Below are positions 38,884-49,094 of a stretch of DNA of 64,000 nt, piece after piece; position 1 is the first letter of the stretch, and each line of letters starts with the position of its first letter. The notes beneath the pieces were generated by a model. That model saw nothing but the letters and a program-made list of their open reading frames with translations, was not told the DNA's origin and ran no database searches. The stretch comes from Candidatus Sulfomarinibacteraceae bacterium. GTDB lineage: Bacteria; Acidobacteriota; Thermoanaerobaculia; Thermoanaerobaculales; Sulfomarinibacteraceae. The position numbers and the translations under genes are program-made. The stretch is taken from the NCBI GenBank assembly GCA_963796455.1, contig CAWCLO010000001.1:928001-992000 (forward strand). The letters run 5' to 3'.

Positions 38884-40038
38884 TCAGGCTGAATCTGCGA
38901 GCCGGATATGACCGGCCTTTGCGAGCTTCCAGAAGACGATGAGCGAGTCCACTTCGGACAAAGGTGAGACCCTGATCATCGACGCGATGTCGGTGTTGCC
39001 GTTGATACGGGAAAGGATGAAACCCTCTTCCGGCGAGAGATTCGAGCTCCGGAGATCATCGAGGGAGCCTTCGAGGCTTGGATAGGATTCGACGCGAACC
39101 CCATCCATCTCGATCGCGGCGAGGATCCGCGCCTCCAGCTCCTTGACCACGAGGGTCAACTCGCCGTTGTGTGGATCGAGGCTGGCGGCCGCGCGGATGT
39201 GGCGGGCGGCAGATTCAAAATCGCCGTCCTTGAAATAGGAATTGGAGAGCCCGATCAAGGCCTCGGGGCTGGTTGCCGGTGGCGCGATTTCCGTGCCCTC
39301 GACCTCGACTGCTTCGCTCGATTCCGCCTGGACGACCCGGGGACGAACGATTTTGATCGCGCCGTCTGAAATCTTGTGAAAAAGAATCTGGGACACGAAG
39401 AACTCGGTAGAGTGGGTGTGGAGACAGATGTCCTCGATCGAACGATCGTCGTCCACCGCTGCCAAGACACCCTTCCAACCGTGGTCCATCTCCTCGTCAT
39501 CGAGCAGATCAACGATCGCCACCGGCACGCACTGGGGCGACGGAATCACTTCCTTGATCGCCCGGCTGTGATCGATCCGGCGCATCCCCTCCATGACCAG
39601 CCCGGTGACATTGGCCGACATGGGAACCAGATCGTGATCGGGGAGCTCTCCATCGAGGAACTCGAAGCTCCCCTGCTCCCACGCAAAGAGATCGCAGATG
39701 TTTTCTTCGGCTTTGAGCCGCAACATGTGGTCGAGGGTTTCCTGGTCGAGAGCGCCGCCGGAAACCAGAATTTCACCCAGCATGCCGCCCTGTTCATCCT
39801 GCATGTCCATGGCCTGCGCCAGCGTTTCTTCGTCAATGACTCCCTTGGATACCAGAAAATGGCCCAGAAAACCCGTCGGATCGGAACTCGACGAGGACAC
39901 GATCTTGCCTTCGTCGAGGTAGATCTTCTTCTCCACGGTCCCGTTGGTGATGATCAAGGTGCCGGTCTGCTGCCCGTTGGACAACCATTGCAGCAGCTCT
40001 GCCAGGTTCATCGTTTCAAGGTTGCCGGTGATCGCCAT
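38884..40038 (-). CDS. DUF4388 domain protein
   Basis: GNLETMNLAELLQWL..TGTL; LGEILV; GLVMEGMRRID. Confidence 0.85.
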   Translation of the reverse strand: MAITGNLETMNLAELLQWLSNGQQTGTLIITNGTVEKKIYLDEGKIVSSSSSDPTGFLGHFLVSKGVIDEETLAQAMDMQDEQGGMLGEILVSGGALDQETLDHMLRLKAEENICDLFAWEQGSFEFLDGELPDHDLVPMSANVTGLVMEGMRRIDHSRAIKEVIPSPQCVPVAIVDLLDDEEMDHGWKGVLAAVDDDRSIEDICLHTHSTEFFVSQILFHKISDGAIKIVRPRVVQAESSEAVEVEGTEIAPPATSPEALIGLSNSYFKDGDFESAARHIRAAASLDPHNGELTLVVKELEARILAAIEMDGVRVESYPSLEGSLDDLRSSNLSPEEGFILSRINGNTDIASMIRVSPLSEVDSLIVFWKLAKAGHIRLADSA

Positions 40039-40161
40039 CCTAGTTGTGGTACCCGATTCCGGTCGGCAGCAGCGGTGTTGAGTTCCTATTCATATCTACT
40101 CGAAAATATCCCACCACCTGTCCGGTGTCCATCGTTCTCTCTCTGGTGTTCATCAGCTGAT

Positions 40162-41919
40162 TCACTGGGTTTCGGGCAGATCGATGAAAAAAGTCGTCCC
40201 GGCCCCGGTCTCGGTTTCGAAACTGATGTCGCCACCGAGCTCCTCAACGATCGCCTTGGATATGTTCATTCCGAGACCCGTCCCACTGCGGTGGCGCCAG
40301 TCCGAATCCTCGAATTGCGCAAAGGCTTCAAAGACCCTGTCCCTGAACTCTTCACTGATCCCGGGTCCTCGGTCAGTCACCCGAATCCTCAGAAATCCGT
40401 CGTATCGGCCGATGTTCACGGTGACCGCTTCGTCGGCCGGGGAGAACCTCACGGCGTTCGAGAGCACATTCGTGACAACCTGGATGAGCCGGTCTGGATC
40501 GACCGTCACCCTGGCCTCGGGGATGGAATTCTCCAGCTCGAATCGTACGTTGTACCGCTCTCCATAAGCGGCGGTAGCCTCGATCGCCTGCTCGACCACC
40601 GGAGCCAACTCCACGGTCTCGAGATGAAACGCCATGTGGCCCGACTCGAGCTTTCGTGACGCCAGAATGTCGTTGACCAGGCGCTCCAGCCTTTCGCTGT
40701 GTCTCAGAGCGATCGCCACCAGTTCGCGCCCGCGGTCGCCGAGATCCCCCGCCACCCCACCATCGAGCAACCCGATCGCCCCTCGAACGGCGGTCAGTGG
40801 GGTCCGAACCTCATGGTGGACCATGGTCACAAAATCGTCCTTCTGCGCTTCGATCCGCAAGCGTTCGCCGATGTCTGCGGCGACCAGGATGGAGCCCTTG
40901 GGCTCACCGGGTGAAGAGTCGATGCTTGCCAGCGCAACCAACACCGGCACGGTGCTTCCGTCTTCGGCCAGCAGATCTGTTTCGAGACCACGGGTGGCTC
41001 CGCTCGTCCTCCCGGCATGGAGAATCGAGGCATATCCTTCCGGCGCCGCGATGATTTCACCACAATAGCGACCGATCAAGTCATTCTCTTCAGCTCCAAC
41101 AAGAGTGCAGAGCGCCCGGTTGACCCGGTTGATGGTGCCGTCGGGCTCCGTCACGATCAGACACTCGCCCATATTCTCGAGCACGCTGTCGAGATAGTCC
41201 CGCGAAACCGTCGTCTCGCGCAAACGGCGGGTCATCTCGTTGAAAGCTTCTGCGAGCTGGCCGACCTCGTCGCTGGTGCGGACCGGAACCTGCGGTACCG
41301 GTTGACCCTCCGAAAGGGCGCGGGTAGCGCTGATGACTTCCTTCAGAGGTCGAGTTACGGCCTCGGTCAGAAGGGCGGCAGAAAGAACACCCAGCAGCGC
41401 GAAGATCGCCCCCACCAGGGCGGTCTTGCGCGCAAGAGCCGCTTGATCCTCCACCAGACCCGCCAGTGAATAACGAATGCGAAGCCCACCGAGATTCTGG
41501 CTGCCGATTCGCACCGCTTTGGTCACCGTCATCTCTTCGCCCGCGAACTCCACGAGCAGGGCATCAGATTCGGAGACATGGCGCCTCGCGGTTTCTCCGA
41601 TGGGTTCATGTCGCAGTGGATTGTCGACCGTGCCGTCGGTGATGATGCGTCCATCCGCACCAAAAACCGTCGCCTCCAGTAGATTGTCGTGAGCCAGAGC
41701 CTCGTCCAGCAACCGGCGCAGTTCGTGGACTTCGAGCAGGGCAAGTGGGTCGGTCACGCTGGCCGAGATCACGGTGGTCAGGAGTTTGCCCTTCTCGACG
41801 AGCTCCGACCGGAGGCGGTCGTTCTGCACCTGGACTGCGAGAGCGGTCAAAACCACACCGAAGGCGATGACGATCGCCGACACAAAGGCCACGAAACGAC
41901 CTCTTAGCCCGAGACGCAT
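40162..41919 (-). CDS. Sensor histidine kinase (TM-HAMP-PAS-HisKA-HATPase)
   Basis: DEVGQLAEAFNEM; HEVRTPL; NAVRF; DRGPG; GTGLG. Confidence 0.93.
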   Translation of the reverse strand: MRLGLRGRFVAFVSAIVIAFGVVLTALAVQVQNDRLRSELVEKGKLLTTVISASVTDPLALLEVHELRRLLDEALAHDNLLEATVFGADGRIITDGTVDNPLRHEPIGETARRHVSESDALLVEFAGEEMTVTKAVRIGSQNLGGLRIRYSLAGLVEDQAALARKTALVGAIFALLGVLSAALLTEAVTRPLKEVISATRALSEGQPVPQVPVRTSDEVGQLAEAFNEMTRRLRETTVSRDYLDSVLENMGECLIVTEPDGTINRVNRALCTLVGAEENDLIGRYCGEIIAAPEGYASILHAGRTSGATRGLETDLLAEDGSTVPVLVALASIDSSPGEPKGSILVAADIGERLRIEAQKDDFVTMVHHEVRTPLTAVRGAIGLLDGGVAGDLGDRGRELVAIALRHSERLERLVNDILASRKLESGHMAFHLETVELAPVVEQAIEATAAYGERYNVRFELENSIPEARVTVDPDRLIQVVTNVLSNAVRFSPADEAVTVNIGRYDGFLRIRVTDRGPGISEEFRDRVFEAFAQFEDSDWRHRSGTGLGMNISKAIVEELGGDISFETETGAGTTFFIDLPETQ

Positions 41920-41950
41920 GACCTTTTTCCGTCGCTATTCACTGGTCCAT

Positions 41951-42904
41951 TCATCCACCAAGGTCCGATTCAACGTATTGCATCAAGTCGATGATCTTTT
42001 CGATCGCCAGTTCTCCCCCGCCCGGAAACTCGTCGAATCGTGACGTCTCTTCGAAGTTTTCCATGACCTGCCTGCCGGCTTCGCTCAGACCCAGATTGAG
42101 CAGGGTCGTTGTCAGACCCTCGACGATTCGCCGATCGAGATCACCGCGAACGCTCACCAGGTTCCGAGGCACCTCCTCCGAGGTGTGAATGAGCCGGAGC
42201 TCATCGATGCGGCTCCCAGCCAGATCCTCGTAATAATCGAGATTGACGGCACCTGCGACGACCTTTTCGTTGAGCACCCAGAACATGGTGGTTTCGGCAT
42301 CCTCCGAAAACACATAGCCGACCCTGTCCGGCGGGACCGAGGCAGCCGCATCCTCGAAGCGCGTCATTCTCAAATCCATCGCGACCAGATCGGCTTTCGG
42401 CAAGAGGAATCCCGAGGTGGAATAGGGCTCACCAAAGGCGATCATCTTGCCCACCAGGTCATCTGGAGCCGCCACGGCACCATCGGAACGAGCAAAAATC
42501 GCACTTCGATAGACCTGAGTTCCCCGCTTCCAGCGCCGTAGAATAACTTCGATCTCGGTGCGGGTCGAAACAAAACCGACCGGGAACGGGCTGTCGATAA
42601 ACACATCCACCGTTCCCGACCGAAGCTCCTCGACCATTTTGCTCATCGAATCGACGACAACCACCCGACCCCGGCCGATTCCGAATTCACCCATCTGGGC
42701 CGCCACATGCTGTGCAAACGGTAGGAATGTCTCATACTCGCTGGCTGGATTGAGCGATACGGCCCCGAAGGTGAGCGTCCCGGAGGCGGTCGCGGTCGGT
42801 GACTCGGTCGATGAGGTCTTCCTATTGCCGCCGTCGCCGCAATTCGAGAGCACCAGAACGAGGGCCGCGAGAAGAATCCTGCTCGCTGCCGATTGCATAC
42901 TCAT
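41951..42904 (-). CDS. PhnD-like phosphate/phosphonate-binding lipoprotein
   Basis: Lipobox LSNC; YRSAIF, STSGFLLP. Confidence 0.85.
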   Translation of the reverse strand: MSMQSAASRILLAALVLVLSNCGDGGNRKTSSTESPTATASGTLTFGAVSLNPASEYETFLPFAQHVAAQMGEFGIGRGRVVVVDSMSKMVEELRSGTVDVFIDSPFPVGFVSTRTEIEVILRRWKRGTQVYRSAIFARSDGAVAAPDDLVGKMIAFGEPYSTSGFLLPKADLVAMDLRMTRFEDAAASVPPDRVGYVFSEDAETTMFWVLNEKVVAGAVNLDYYEDLAGSRIDELRLIHTSEEVPRNLVSVRGDLDRRIVEGLTTTLLNLGLSEAGRQVMENFEETSRFDEFPGGGELAIEKIIDLMQYVESDLGG

Positions 42905-44580
42905 TCCCCCACGGCGTCGCGAACGACCCGGTTTCGACCCGCCCGTTTTCCTTCATAGAGCGCCTCATCGGCTGCGGCAATGAGTTCGGGGCCGGTGACG
43001 ACCGATGGATAGTCCGCAACCCCACAGCTCAAGGTCGCTGAAAAAGACCCTTCTCCGGTATCGTGCTCGACGGCCGCAAAGTTTTTTCGAATTTCATCCA
43101 TCTTGTCAGCCGCCGCCGCTCCGTCCGTGTCCGGCATGACGACCACAAACTCATCACCACCAAAGCGCCCCAGAATATCGCTGATCCGCAGACGCTGGCG
43201 CAGGAGATAGGCCAGCGCCTTGAGAACCTGGTCCCCCACCAGATGCCCGAATTCGTCATTGACCTGCTTGAATCCATCGATGTCAAGCATCGCTACAGCC
43301 AACCGGCCCTCGGCCCGATCAGCCCGCCGCACCGCGACCTCGAGCTGCTCGATGATGCGGCTGTGGGAATACAGACCCGTCAATCCGTCACGTTCCATGA
43401 ACATCCGCAGGGTTCGCCCACGTTGGGCCCGGGCCTGCACTGCAGGAACCAGTTGCCCAGGAGGCACCGGCTTGGTGAAAAAATCGTCACAACCCTCGCC
43501 AAGCGCGGCGATTTGCTTCATCCGATCCTGTTCGACCGACAGAAAGACAATTGGAACGCCAACAAAGGCCTCTTCCTGCCGAATCACCATCGCCAACTCA
43601 ATGCCGCTGCAACCCGGCATATAAACATCCATCAGGATCACATCCGGCTGGAACTCGACCAGCTGTGCAATCACAAGGAGGGGGTCGGTCAGAATGACGG
43701 CCTCGAGACCGGCCGCTCGAAGGTGGCCGGCGTGATACTCCGCCACATCTTCTTCGTCATCGATGATCAGAATCCTGAAGGGATCCGGTTCGCGCCGGGT
43801 CAATCGATCGAGGGTCTCGAGAATTTGTCCGTAGTTGACGGGCTTGACAAAAAACGCGCTGCACCCGGCCCGCACCGCGTCGAGCCGAATTTTGAAATCC
43901 GAATGATTCGAGACAAAGACCAGCGGCACATCGTCGCCCAGGGCCTTTCGGACCTCGGTCGCGGATTGTTCCGCACTCGAATCTGCGGATGGAGACGAGA
44001 GGTCGACGATCACCGCTGCCGGTTTCCGGCCAACCTCCGCGGCTGCTACCTCCTCCACCCTCTTGTACATCTGGAGTTCGAAACCGAAGTGACCCAGCTG
44101 AAAGACAAGCTCATTGGCAAAGGGGCCTTCTTTTTCGACCACGACAATCAGGTTTCGCAGCTCGAAAATACGCGCCTCGGGTGAGCCCTCGACATCAACC
44201 AGGGACGAGGAGATCTCTTTGCGGGCATCTTCAGCTGCCGCCTCGGCGATCCTCTCAAACCAACCCAAAACCTCGCGGCTGTCGTGATCGGTCGGGGGGG
44301 AGGCGGCATCGATGATGGCGAGCAACTGCCGCTCGAGACGGCGAGCGGTACCGGCCATGGCGGGAAATCCAAGACTCCCCGCTGTTCCGACCAACCCGTG
44401 CACCGCGCGATGAAGATCTCGCGCGCCATCTTCTTCCCACTGACCGGCAAACAAGCCCAGCCAGAGTACGGTGAGTTCCTGCAGCCGCCCCGGCAGCTTG
44501 TCAGCGAAATTTGCACGCAGGCGAACCAACTCGGTTTCAAGTGATTTTCCGGACCGCTTCTGTCGCTTTTCATCCGTCAT
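42901..44580 (-). CDS. Hpt-REC-REC-GGDEF diguanylate cyclase
   Basis: VHGLVGTAG (Hpt); ILMDVYMP; DGLTGL; RFGGDEF. Confidence 0.92.
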   Translation of the reverse strand: MTDEKRQKRSGKSLETELVRLRANFADKLPGRLQELTVLWLGLFAGQWEEDGARDLHRAVHGLVGTAGSLGFPAMAGTARRLERQLLAIIDAASPPTDHDSREVLGWFERIAEAAAEDARKEISSSLVDVEGSPEARIFELRNLIVVVEKEGPFANELVFQLGHFGFELQMYKRVEEVAAAEVGRKPAAVIVDLSSPSADSSAEQSATEVRKALGDDVPLVFVSNHSDFKIRLDAVRAGCSAFFVKPVNYGQILETLDRLTRREPDPFRILIIDDEEDVAEYHAGHLRAAGLEAVILTDPLLVIAQLVEFQPDVILMDVYMPGCSGIELAMVIRQEEAFVGVPIVFLSVEQDRMKQIAALGEGCDDFFTKPVPPGQLVPAVQARAQRGRTLRMFMERDGLTGLYSHSRIIEQLEVAVRRADRAEGRLAVAMLDIDGFKQVNDEFGHLVGDQVLKALAYLLRQRLRISDILGRFGGDEFVVVMPDTDGAAAADKMDEIRKNFAAVEHDTGEGSFSATLSCGVADYPSVVTGPELIAAADEALYEGKRAGRNRVVRDAVGE

Positions 44581-44965
44581 CGGCGATCCTCCAAATCCCC
44601 TGAATCCGCTCTGCAAGAGTCATTGGATCGAATGGTTTGAGAATAACGTCGGCCGCGCCGGCAGCGCGAAGAGCTTGCAGGTCGTTCCCGTTGATCACCC
44701 CGGTCACGAATACGACTGGGGTTTTTTCGAAGCCGGCAAGGCATCGCATGCGGCGCAGGACTTCGATGCCTTCCATCTCCGGCATCAAGACATCAATCAT
44801 CACGAGATCCGGATCGAAGTCGGGCAGACGGCGGAGCAATTCGGGTCCCGAGTCACAGGTACACACCTCATATCCGCCGACGGTTTCAAGGGCGATCCGC
44901 GAGATCGCGAGAATATCGGGCTCGTCGTCAACGAGCAGGATTTTTTGTAACGAAATCCTTGGCAC
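44570..44965 (-). CDS. Single-domain response regulator
   Basis: LLVDDE, IDVLMPEMEG, KPF. Confidence 0.92.
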   Translation of the reverse strand: MPRISLQKILLVDDEPDILAISRIALETVGGYEVCTCDSGPELLRRLPDFDPDLVMIDVLMPEMEGIEVLRRMRCLAGFEKTPVVFVTGVINGNDLQALRAAGAADVILKPFDPMTLAERIQGIWRIADDG

Positions 44966-45039
44966 GACTTCTACCCCATTTCAATATCGAGCCGAACTCG
45001 AAGGACGGGGGCCTCCTGATCCCCGCCAGGCTCAAACCT

Positions 45040-45540
45040 CTACTGCATCGCTGCCGAAACTTCCCCCGTATCGACCGGGGTCCACAATTCGCTTCGACCG
45101 AGCAGCGACACCCCGATAAAACCACGCACCTTGAGATCTCCACCCTCGGTGAGGCGTATCTTGCACTTATAGGTCTTGCCGTTTTCGGGGTCGTAGATCT
45201 TCCCCTTGTTCCAATTCCCGTCGCCGGCAAATTGAAACCCAAACAACAACTTCAACCCCACGATCGGTCTCGAACGCAGGCTGGGATCCGGGTTTTCGGT
45301 ATCGGTTTTGATTTCACCGACGGTCCCGTGCACATCCCCCTCCTGATAGACGGGGATCTCCATCCAGATGATTTTGCCCTCGTAGGTGCCCCCTACCTCA
45401 TAGATCTCGATGTGAGCCTGACCAACATCTGAATCGGGATTGGTCGCCCACACACCCACAATGTCATCGGCGTCGCCGGCTGCAACGAGCGAAGCAGCCG
45501 ACACCAACAAAAGCACGCCTAAAATCGCGGTTCGCTTCAA
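45040..45540 (-). CDS. DUF2147 family exported protein
   Basis: DIVGVW...GKIYDPENGKTY...RGFIGVSLLGRS..W; start uncertain. Confidence 0.85.
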   Translation of the reverse strand: MKRTAILGVLLLVSAASLVAAGDADDIVGVWATNPDSDVGQAHIEIYEVGGTYEGKIIWMEIPVYQEGDVHGTVGEIKTDTENPDPSLRSRPIVGLKLLFGFQFAGDGNWNKGKIYDPENGKTYKCKIRLTEGGDLKVRGFIGVSLLGRSELWTPVDTGEVSAAMQ

Positions 45541-45655
45541 ATTCTCGTCCCTTCCGGGATTACCGACCTGGAAATCATAACCCGGAAAGGCAAACCGTCG
45601 ATCTTCAACAACCATTGCTGTGACGGAGAGGGAGCGTCGGTAGTAGAGTGAAATC

Positions 45656-46168
45656 ATGGTGAGATCGAATCGACGCCGGTTTCTGACAGTTCGATCGGGG
45701 TGTCTCGGTCTCTTGATGATTGCAGCACAGGGCTGTTTCGGGCCCGGCCCACCTCCCGAAAAACCAACAGACGAACGAGTTGCAGCCAACAACAGCAGCT
45801 TCGGAATTCCCTACGGGCAGTTCATCCTGATCCGCACCGGCGATCGGTTCGTGGCCTTGCGCGTCAACGCAGCATCCGGGGTCGGAAATCAGATCGACTA
45901 CGAGTGGTACGCGCCGGAGCCCGGCAGCAGTGATTTCCAGAATGCCCACCAGCGCTTCGGTACCGCGGTCGAAGGACGCTTTCTCGGCCGGATCGACGCT
46001 GGACCGCTCAGTCTCAACTGGTCAAGAGGTTCGGCTGAGCTGGGCTGGATCTACTGGCCGGCCCCGGAGGTCGGTCTGAACGTCTGCTCGCGCACCTTTT
46101 CAAGCCTCGATGACATCGAGGCTGATTTGACTCGGCTGACCTTTTATTCGCAGGAGATGTTCGAGTAA
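45656..46168 (+). CDS. Hypothetical lipoprotein
   Basis: Basic RRRF N-terminus with lipobox AQGC. Confidence 0.6.
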   Translation: MVRSNRRRFLTVRSGCLGLLMIAAQGCFGPGPPPEKPTDERVAANNSSFGIPYGQFILIRTGDRFVALRVNAASGVGNQIDYEWYAPEPGSSDFQNAHQRFGTAVEGRFLGRIDAGPLSLNWSRGSAELGWIYWPAPEVGLNVCSRTFSSLDDIEADLTRLTFYSQEMFE

Positions 46169-46210
46169 CGCCACGCACAAGGGAAACTGGGCGACCGGCA
46201 ACCATTTCCG

Positions 46211-46437
46211 CTCCCGATCCCGTTCCCGAAAGGGAGAAAGGGAGAAAGGGAGAAAGGGAGAAAGGGAGAAAGGGAGAAAGGGAGGGGAACCGTACCGGAA
46301 ACTTCGTTCGTGATAAGGAACGGGTGTCCTCTGCTCCTCTGCTCCTCTGCTCCTCTGCTCCTCTGCTCACTCTGCTCCTCTGCTTCTGCTCCTCTGCTCC
46401 TCTGCTCCTCTGCTCCTCTGCCCTCTGCTCCTCTGCT
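46211..46437 (+). repeat. Composite module: CCGATC, (GGGAGAAA)n, linker AACCGTACCGGA-N10-GTGATAAGG, (TCCTCTGC)~14
   Basis: Same order and linker spacing as 3960-4281. Confidence 0.9.
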
Positions 46438-46450
46438 ATCCTCCCTCCCC

Positions 46451-48373
46451 ATGATTACGGTCACCGATCTCGCCAAGGCTTATGGCAGCCAAACGCTGTT
46501 CCAGGGGGTGAATTTTCAACTCAACCCGGGGAGTCGATATGGGTTGGTCGGGGCCAACGGTTCGGGCAAGAGCACGCTCCTTCGCGTCCTCGCGGGTGAA
46601 GAAGAAGCAAGCGAGGGTGCGGTTTCGATGCCAAAGAGGCTTCGCCTCGGCGTGCTCGCACAGGATCATTTCCGTTATGAGAACAAACCGATCATCGATG
46701 TCACGATGATGGGCCACCAGGAGCTCTGGCAGGCCTTGGCCGAGAAGGATCGAATCCTCGAGGCGTCGGCGGAACATTTTGATGGCGATCGCTACGCCGA
46801 GGTCGAAGACCTGATCGTGAGTCTCGACGGGTACAGCTTCGAGGCCCGATCGAGCGAAATCCTCGAGGGGCTCGGCATCCCGACCGAAATCCACCGCGAA
46901 CCCCTGTCGACTCTTTCCGGCGGTTTCAAACTTCGAGTCCTTCTGGCCCAGGTCCTCGCCGCGGATCCGGGTGTCCTGCTCCTGGACGAACCGACCAACC
47001 ACCTCGACATCATTTCAATTCGTTGGCTCGAGAAATTTCTCGCGACCTACCGCGGCTGCGCAATCGTGATCTCCCACGACCACCGCTTCCTCGACAATGT
47101 CTGTACCAATATCCTCGATGTCGACTATGAGACCGTCACCCTCTACACCGGTAACTACAGCGATTTCACCAAGGCCAAGATCGCCGAAAGGGATCGGAAA
47201 GAAGGCGAGATCGCCCGTCAGGAAAAAAAGATCGCCCAGCAGCAAGCCTTCGTCGATCGTTTCAGGGCCAAGGCAACCAAGGCGCGGCAAGCGCAGAGCA
47301 AGCTCAAACAGATGGACCGTATCGAAGTCCTGACGCTCGCCCGATCGTCACGGAGATACCCGATCTTTCGCTTCAAGCAAACACGCCCGAGCGGCAAAGA
47401 GGCGCTCAATGTGGAGGGTCTCGATAAATCATTTGAAGACAACCAGGTGCTTCGCGGCATCAACCTCAACGTCCGCCGAGGAGACCGCCTCGCGATCATC
47501 GGTCCAAACGGAATCGGAAAATCGACTTTTCTCAAGATCGCCGTTGGTGAACTCGAGGCGGATCGCGGTGAACTCAAATGGGGCCACGAGGTGAGGCCCG
47601 GCTACTTCGCCCAGGATCACCGGCAATCGCTCAGCGGTCGAGACGTCACCGTAGAGAGCTGGCTGGCGGCGTTCTGCATCGGTGAAGGAACAGGGCCGGT
47701 CCGGAGCCGTCTCGGCCAGGTGCTTTTTTCGGGTGACGATGTGGAGAAACGGCTGTCGAGTCTGTCCGGTGGCGAGGCGGCACGATTGATTTTTGCTCGT
47801 TTGGTGGCCGAACAACCCAACGTGCTGGTCCTCGACGAACCTACGAACCATCTCGACCTCGAAGCGATTGAAGCCCTGGTTGCCGGGCTCGAAGCCTACG
47901 ACGGGACCTTGATTTTCGTTTCTCACGATCGTTGGTTCGTCTCCCGTCTCGCGACCCGGGTCCTCGAGATCACCCACGAAGGTCTCAACGACTACCGGGG
48001 GACCTACGATGAGTATCTGGCCAGTTGTGGCGACGATCACCTCGATGCCGATGCCGCCGTCTTGCGCGTGCGACGTGACAAACGCCACCGCAAGCGGGGC
48101 GCCTCGAAGGCACCCAAACCCAAAAACAGCGGCGACGTTGCAGCCAAGCGGAAGCGGATCATGCTCCGTCGCGATGTGGTCACCGCGGCCATCGAAAACA
48201 CCGAGGCGCGAATCGAGGAGATCGATGCCGCGTTCTGCAAACCCGGCTTTTTCGAAAAAAACTCGAAACAAAAGACCCGGTCCATGCAACAGGAACGGGA
48301 CAAAAAAGCATTGGAGCTCGAAAAGCTGATGGCGGAATGGGAAGAGCTCGAGGCCAAGTTGGAAGAGAATTAG
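46451..48373 (+). CDS. ABC-F family ATPase (YbiT-like)
   Basis: Two ABC domains (GANGSGKST, LSGG, LDEPTNHLD; GPNGIGKST); no TM segments. Confidence 0.93.
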   Translation: MITVTDLAKAYGSQTLFQGVNFQLNPGSRYGLVGANGSGKSTLLRVLAGEEEASEGAVSMPKRLRLGVLAQDHFRYENKPIIDVTMMGHQELWQALAEKDRILEASAEHFDGDRYAEVEDLIVSLDGYSFEARSSEILEGLGIPTEIHREPLSTLSGGFKLRVLLAQVLAADPGVLLLDEPTNHLDIISIRWLEKFLATYRGCAIVISHDHRFLDNVCTNILDVDYETVTLYTGNYSDFTKAKIAERDRKEGEIARQEKKIAQQQAFVDRFRAKATKARQAQSKLKQMDRIEVLTLARSSRRYPIFRFKQTRPSGKEALNVEGLDKSFEDNQVLRGINLNVRRGDRLAIIGPNGIGKSTFLKIAVGELEADRGELKWGHEVRPGYFAQDHRQSLSGRDVTVESWLAAFCIGEGTGPVRSRLGQVLFSGDDVEKRLSSLSGGEAARLIFARLVAEQPNVLVLDEPTNHLDLEAIEALVAGLEAYDGTLIFVSHDRWFVSRLATRVLEITHEGLNDYRGTYDEYLASCGDDHLDADAAVLRVRRDKRHRKRGASKAPKPKNSGDVAAKRKRIMLRRDVVTAAIENTEARIEEIDAAFCKPGFFEKNSKQKTRSMQQERDKKALELEKLMAEWEELEAKLEEN

Positions 48374-48450
48374 GGATTAGGATATTTCCAATTTCGAATT
48401 TCGGATTTCGAATTTCGGATTTCGGATTTCGGATTTCGGATTTCGGATTT
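48374..48450 (+). repeat. Heptamer array ATTTCG(G/A)
   Basis: Starts at the ABC-F stop codon. Confidence 0.9.
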
Positions 48451-48468
48451 TCGCCAACCCATCACATA

Positions 48469-48563
48469 AGAAACCGCAGATCACGCAGATGACATGAGGC
48501 CGTCCCGGCACTGGCCGATTGTCATCCTGAGCGACGGAGCTTCGCGACCGAGTCGAAGGATCT
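48469..48563 (+). repeat. Second copy of the CGCAGAT/TGTCATCCTGAGCG module
   Basis: 32-bp and 44-bp blocks identical to 4874-4905 and 4934-4977. Confidence 0.9.
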
Positions 48564-48689
48564 GCGCGGATAAGGAATCGCTTTCGATGTGGCGGCGATT
48601 CCGACCCGGCTGGGAGCAATCCGTATCTCCCTTTCCCCCCTGCTCCCTTTCTCCCCCCCCCCCCTTCGCCATTGGTCCGCCCAATTTCG

Positions 48690-48976
48690 GAATCGGGATC
48701 GGGATCGGAACTGTCGTTCAAGATGTCATCCTGAGCGAAGCGCCTGTGGCGCGGAGTCGAAGGATCTGCGGCCTTGGGTCTCTCCCGTGTGCGCCATAGA
48801 TCCTTCGACTACGCCTCTGCGGGGCTGCGCTCAGGATGACATCGGGAGGCGCCATTCGTGTGCTGGGAAAATCCGTAACCTGTGGTTCCCCCTTTCGGGA
48901 AAGCGTGCGAATCGCGAGTGGGGTAAGAAAGATGGACCATTGGTTGCCCATCGATAGCGATTCCGATAGCGATAGC
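48690..48976 (-). repeat. Inverted copy of composite element 3690-3975, with the paired palindrome at 48723-48842
   Basis: Manual alignment of the reverse complement. Confidence 0.85.
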
Positions 48977-49030
48977 AAGAGGAAGCCGAGCCGCCCCTCA
49001 GCCCCCGTGCCCCTCTACCATCCTGGTTCG

Positions 49031-49065
49031 TGCATCCTGCATCCTGCATCCTGCATCGAGTATCC
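49031..49065 (+). repeat. Heptamer array TGCATCC
   Basis: Read directly from the sequence. Confidence 0.85.
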
Positions 49066-49094
49066 CGATCTCAACTCACTCCTGACGCCGATCG

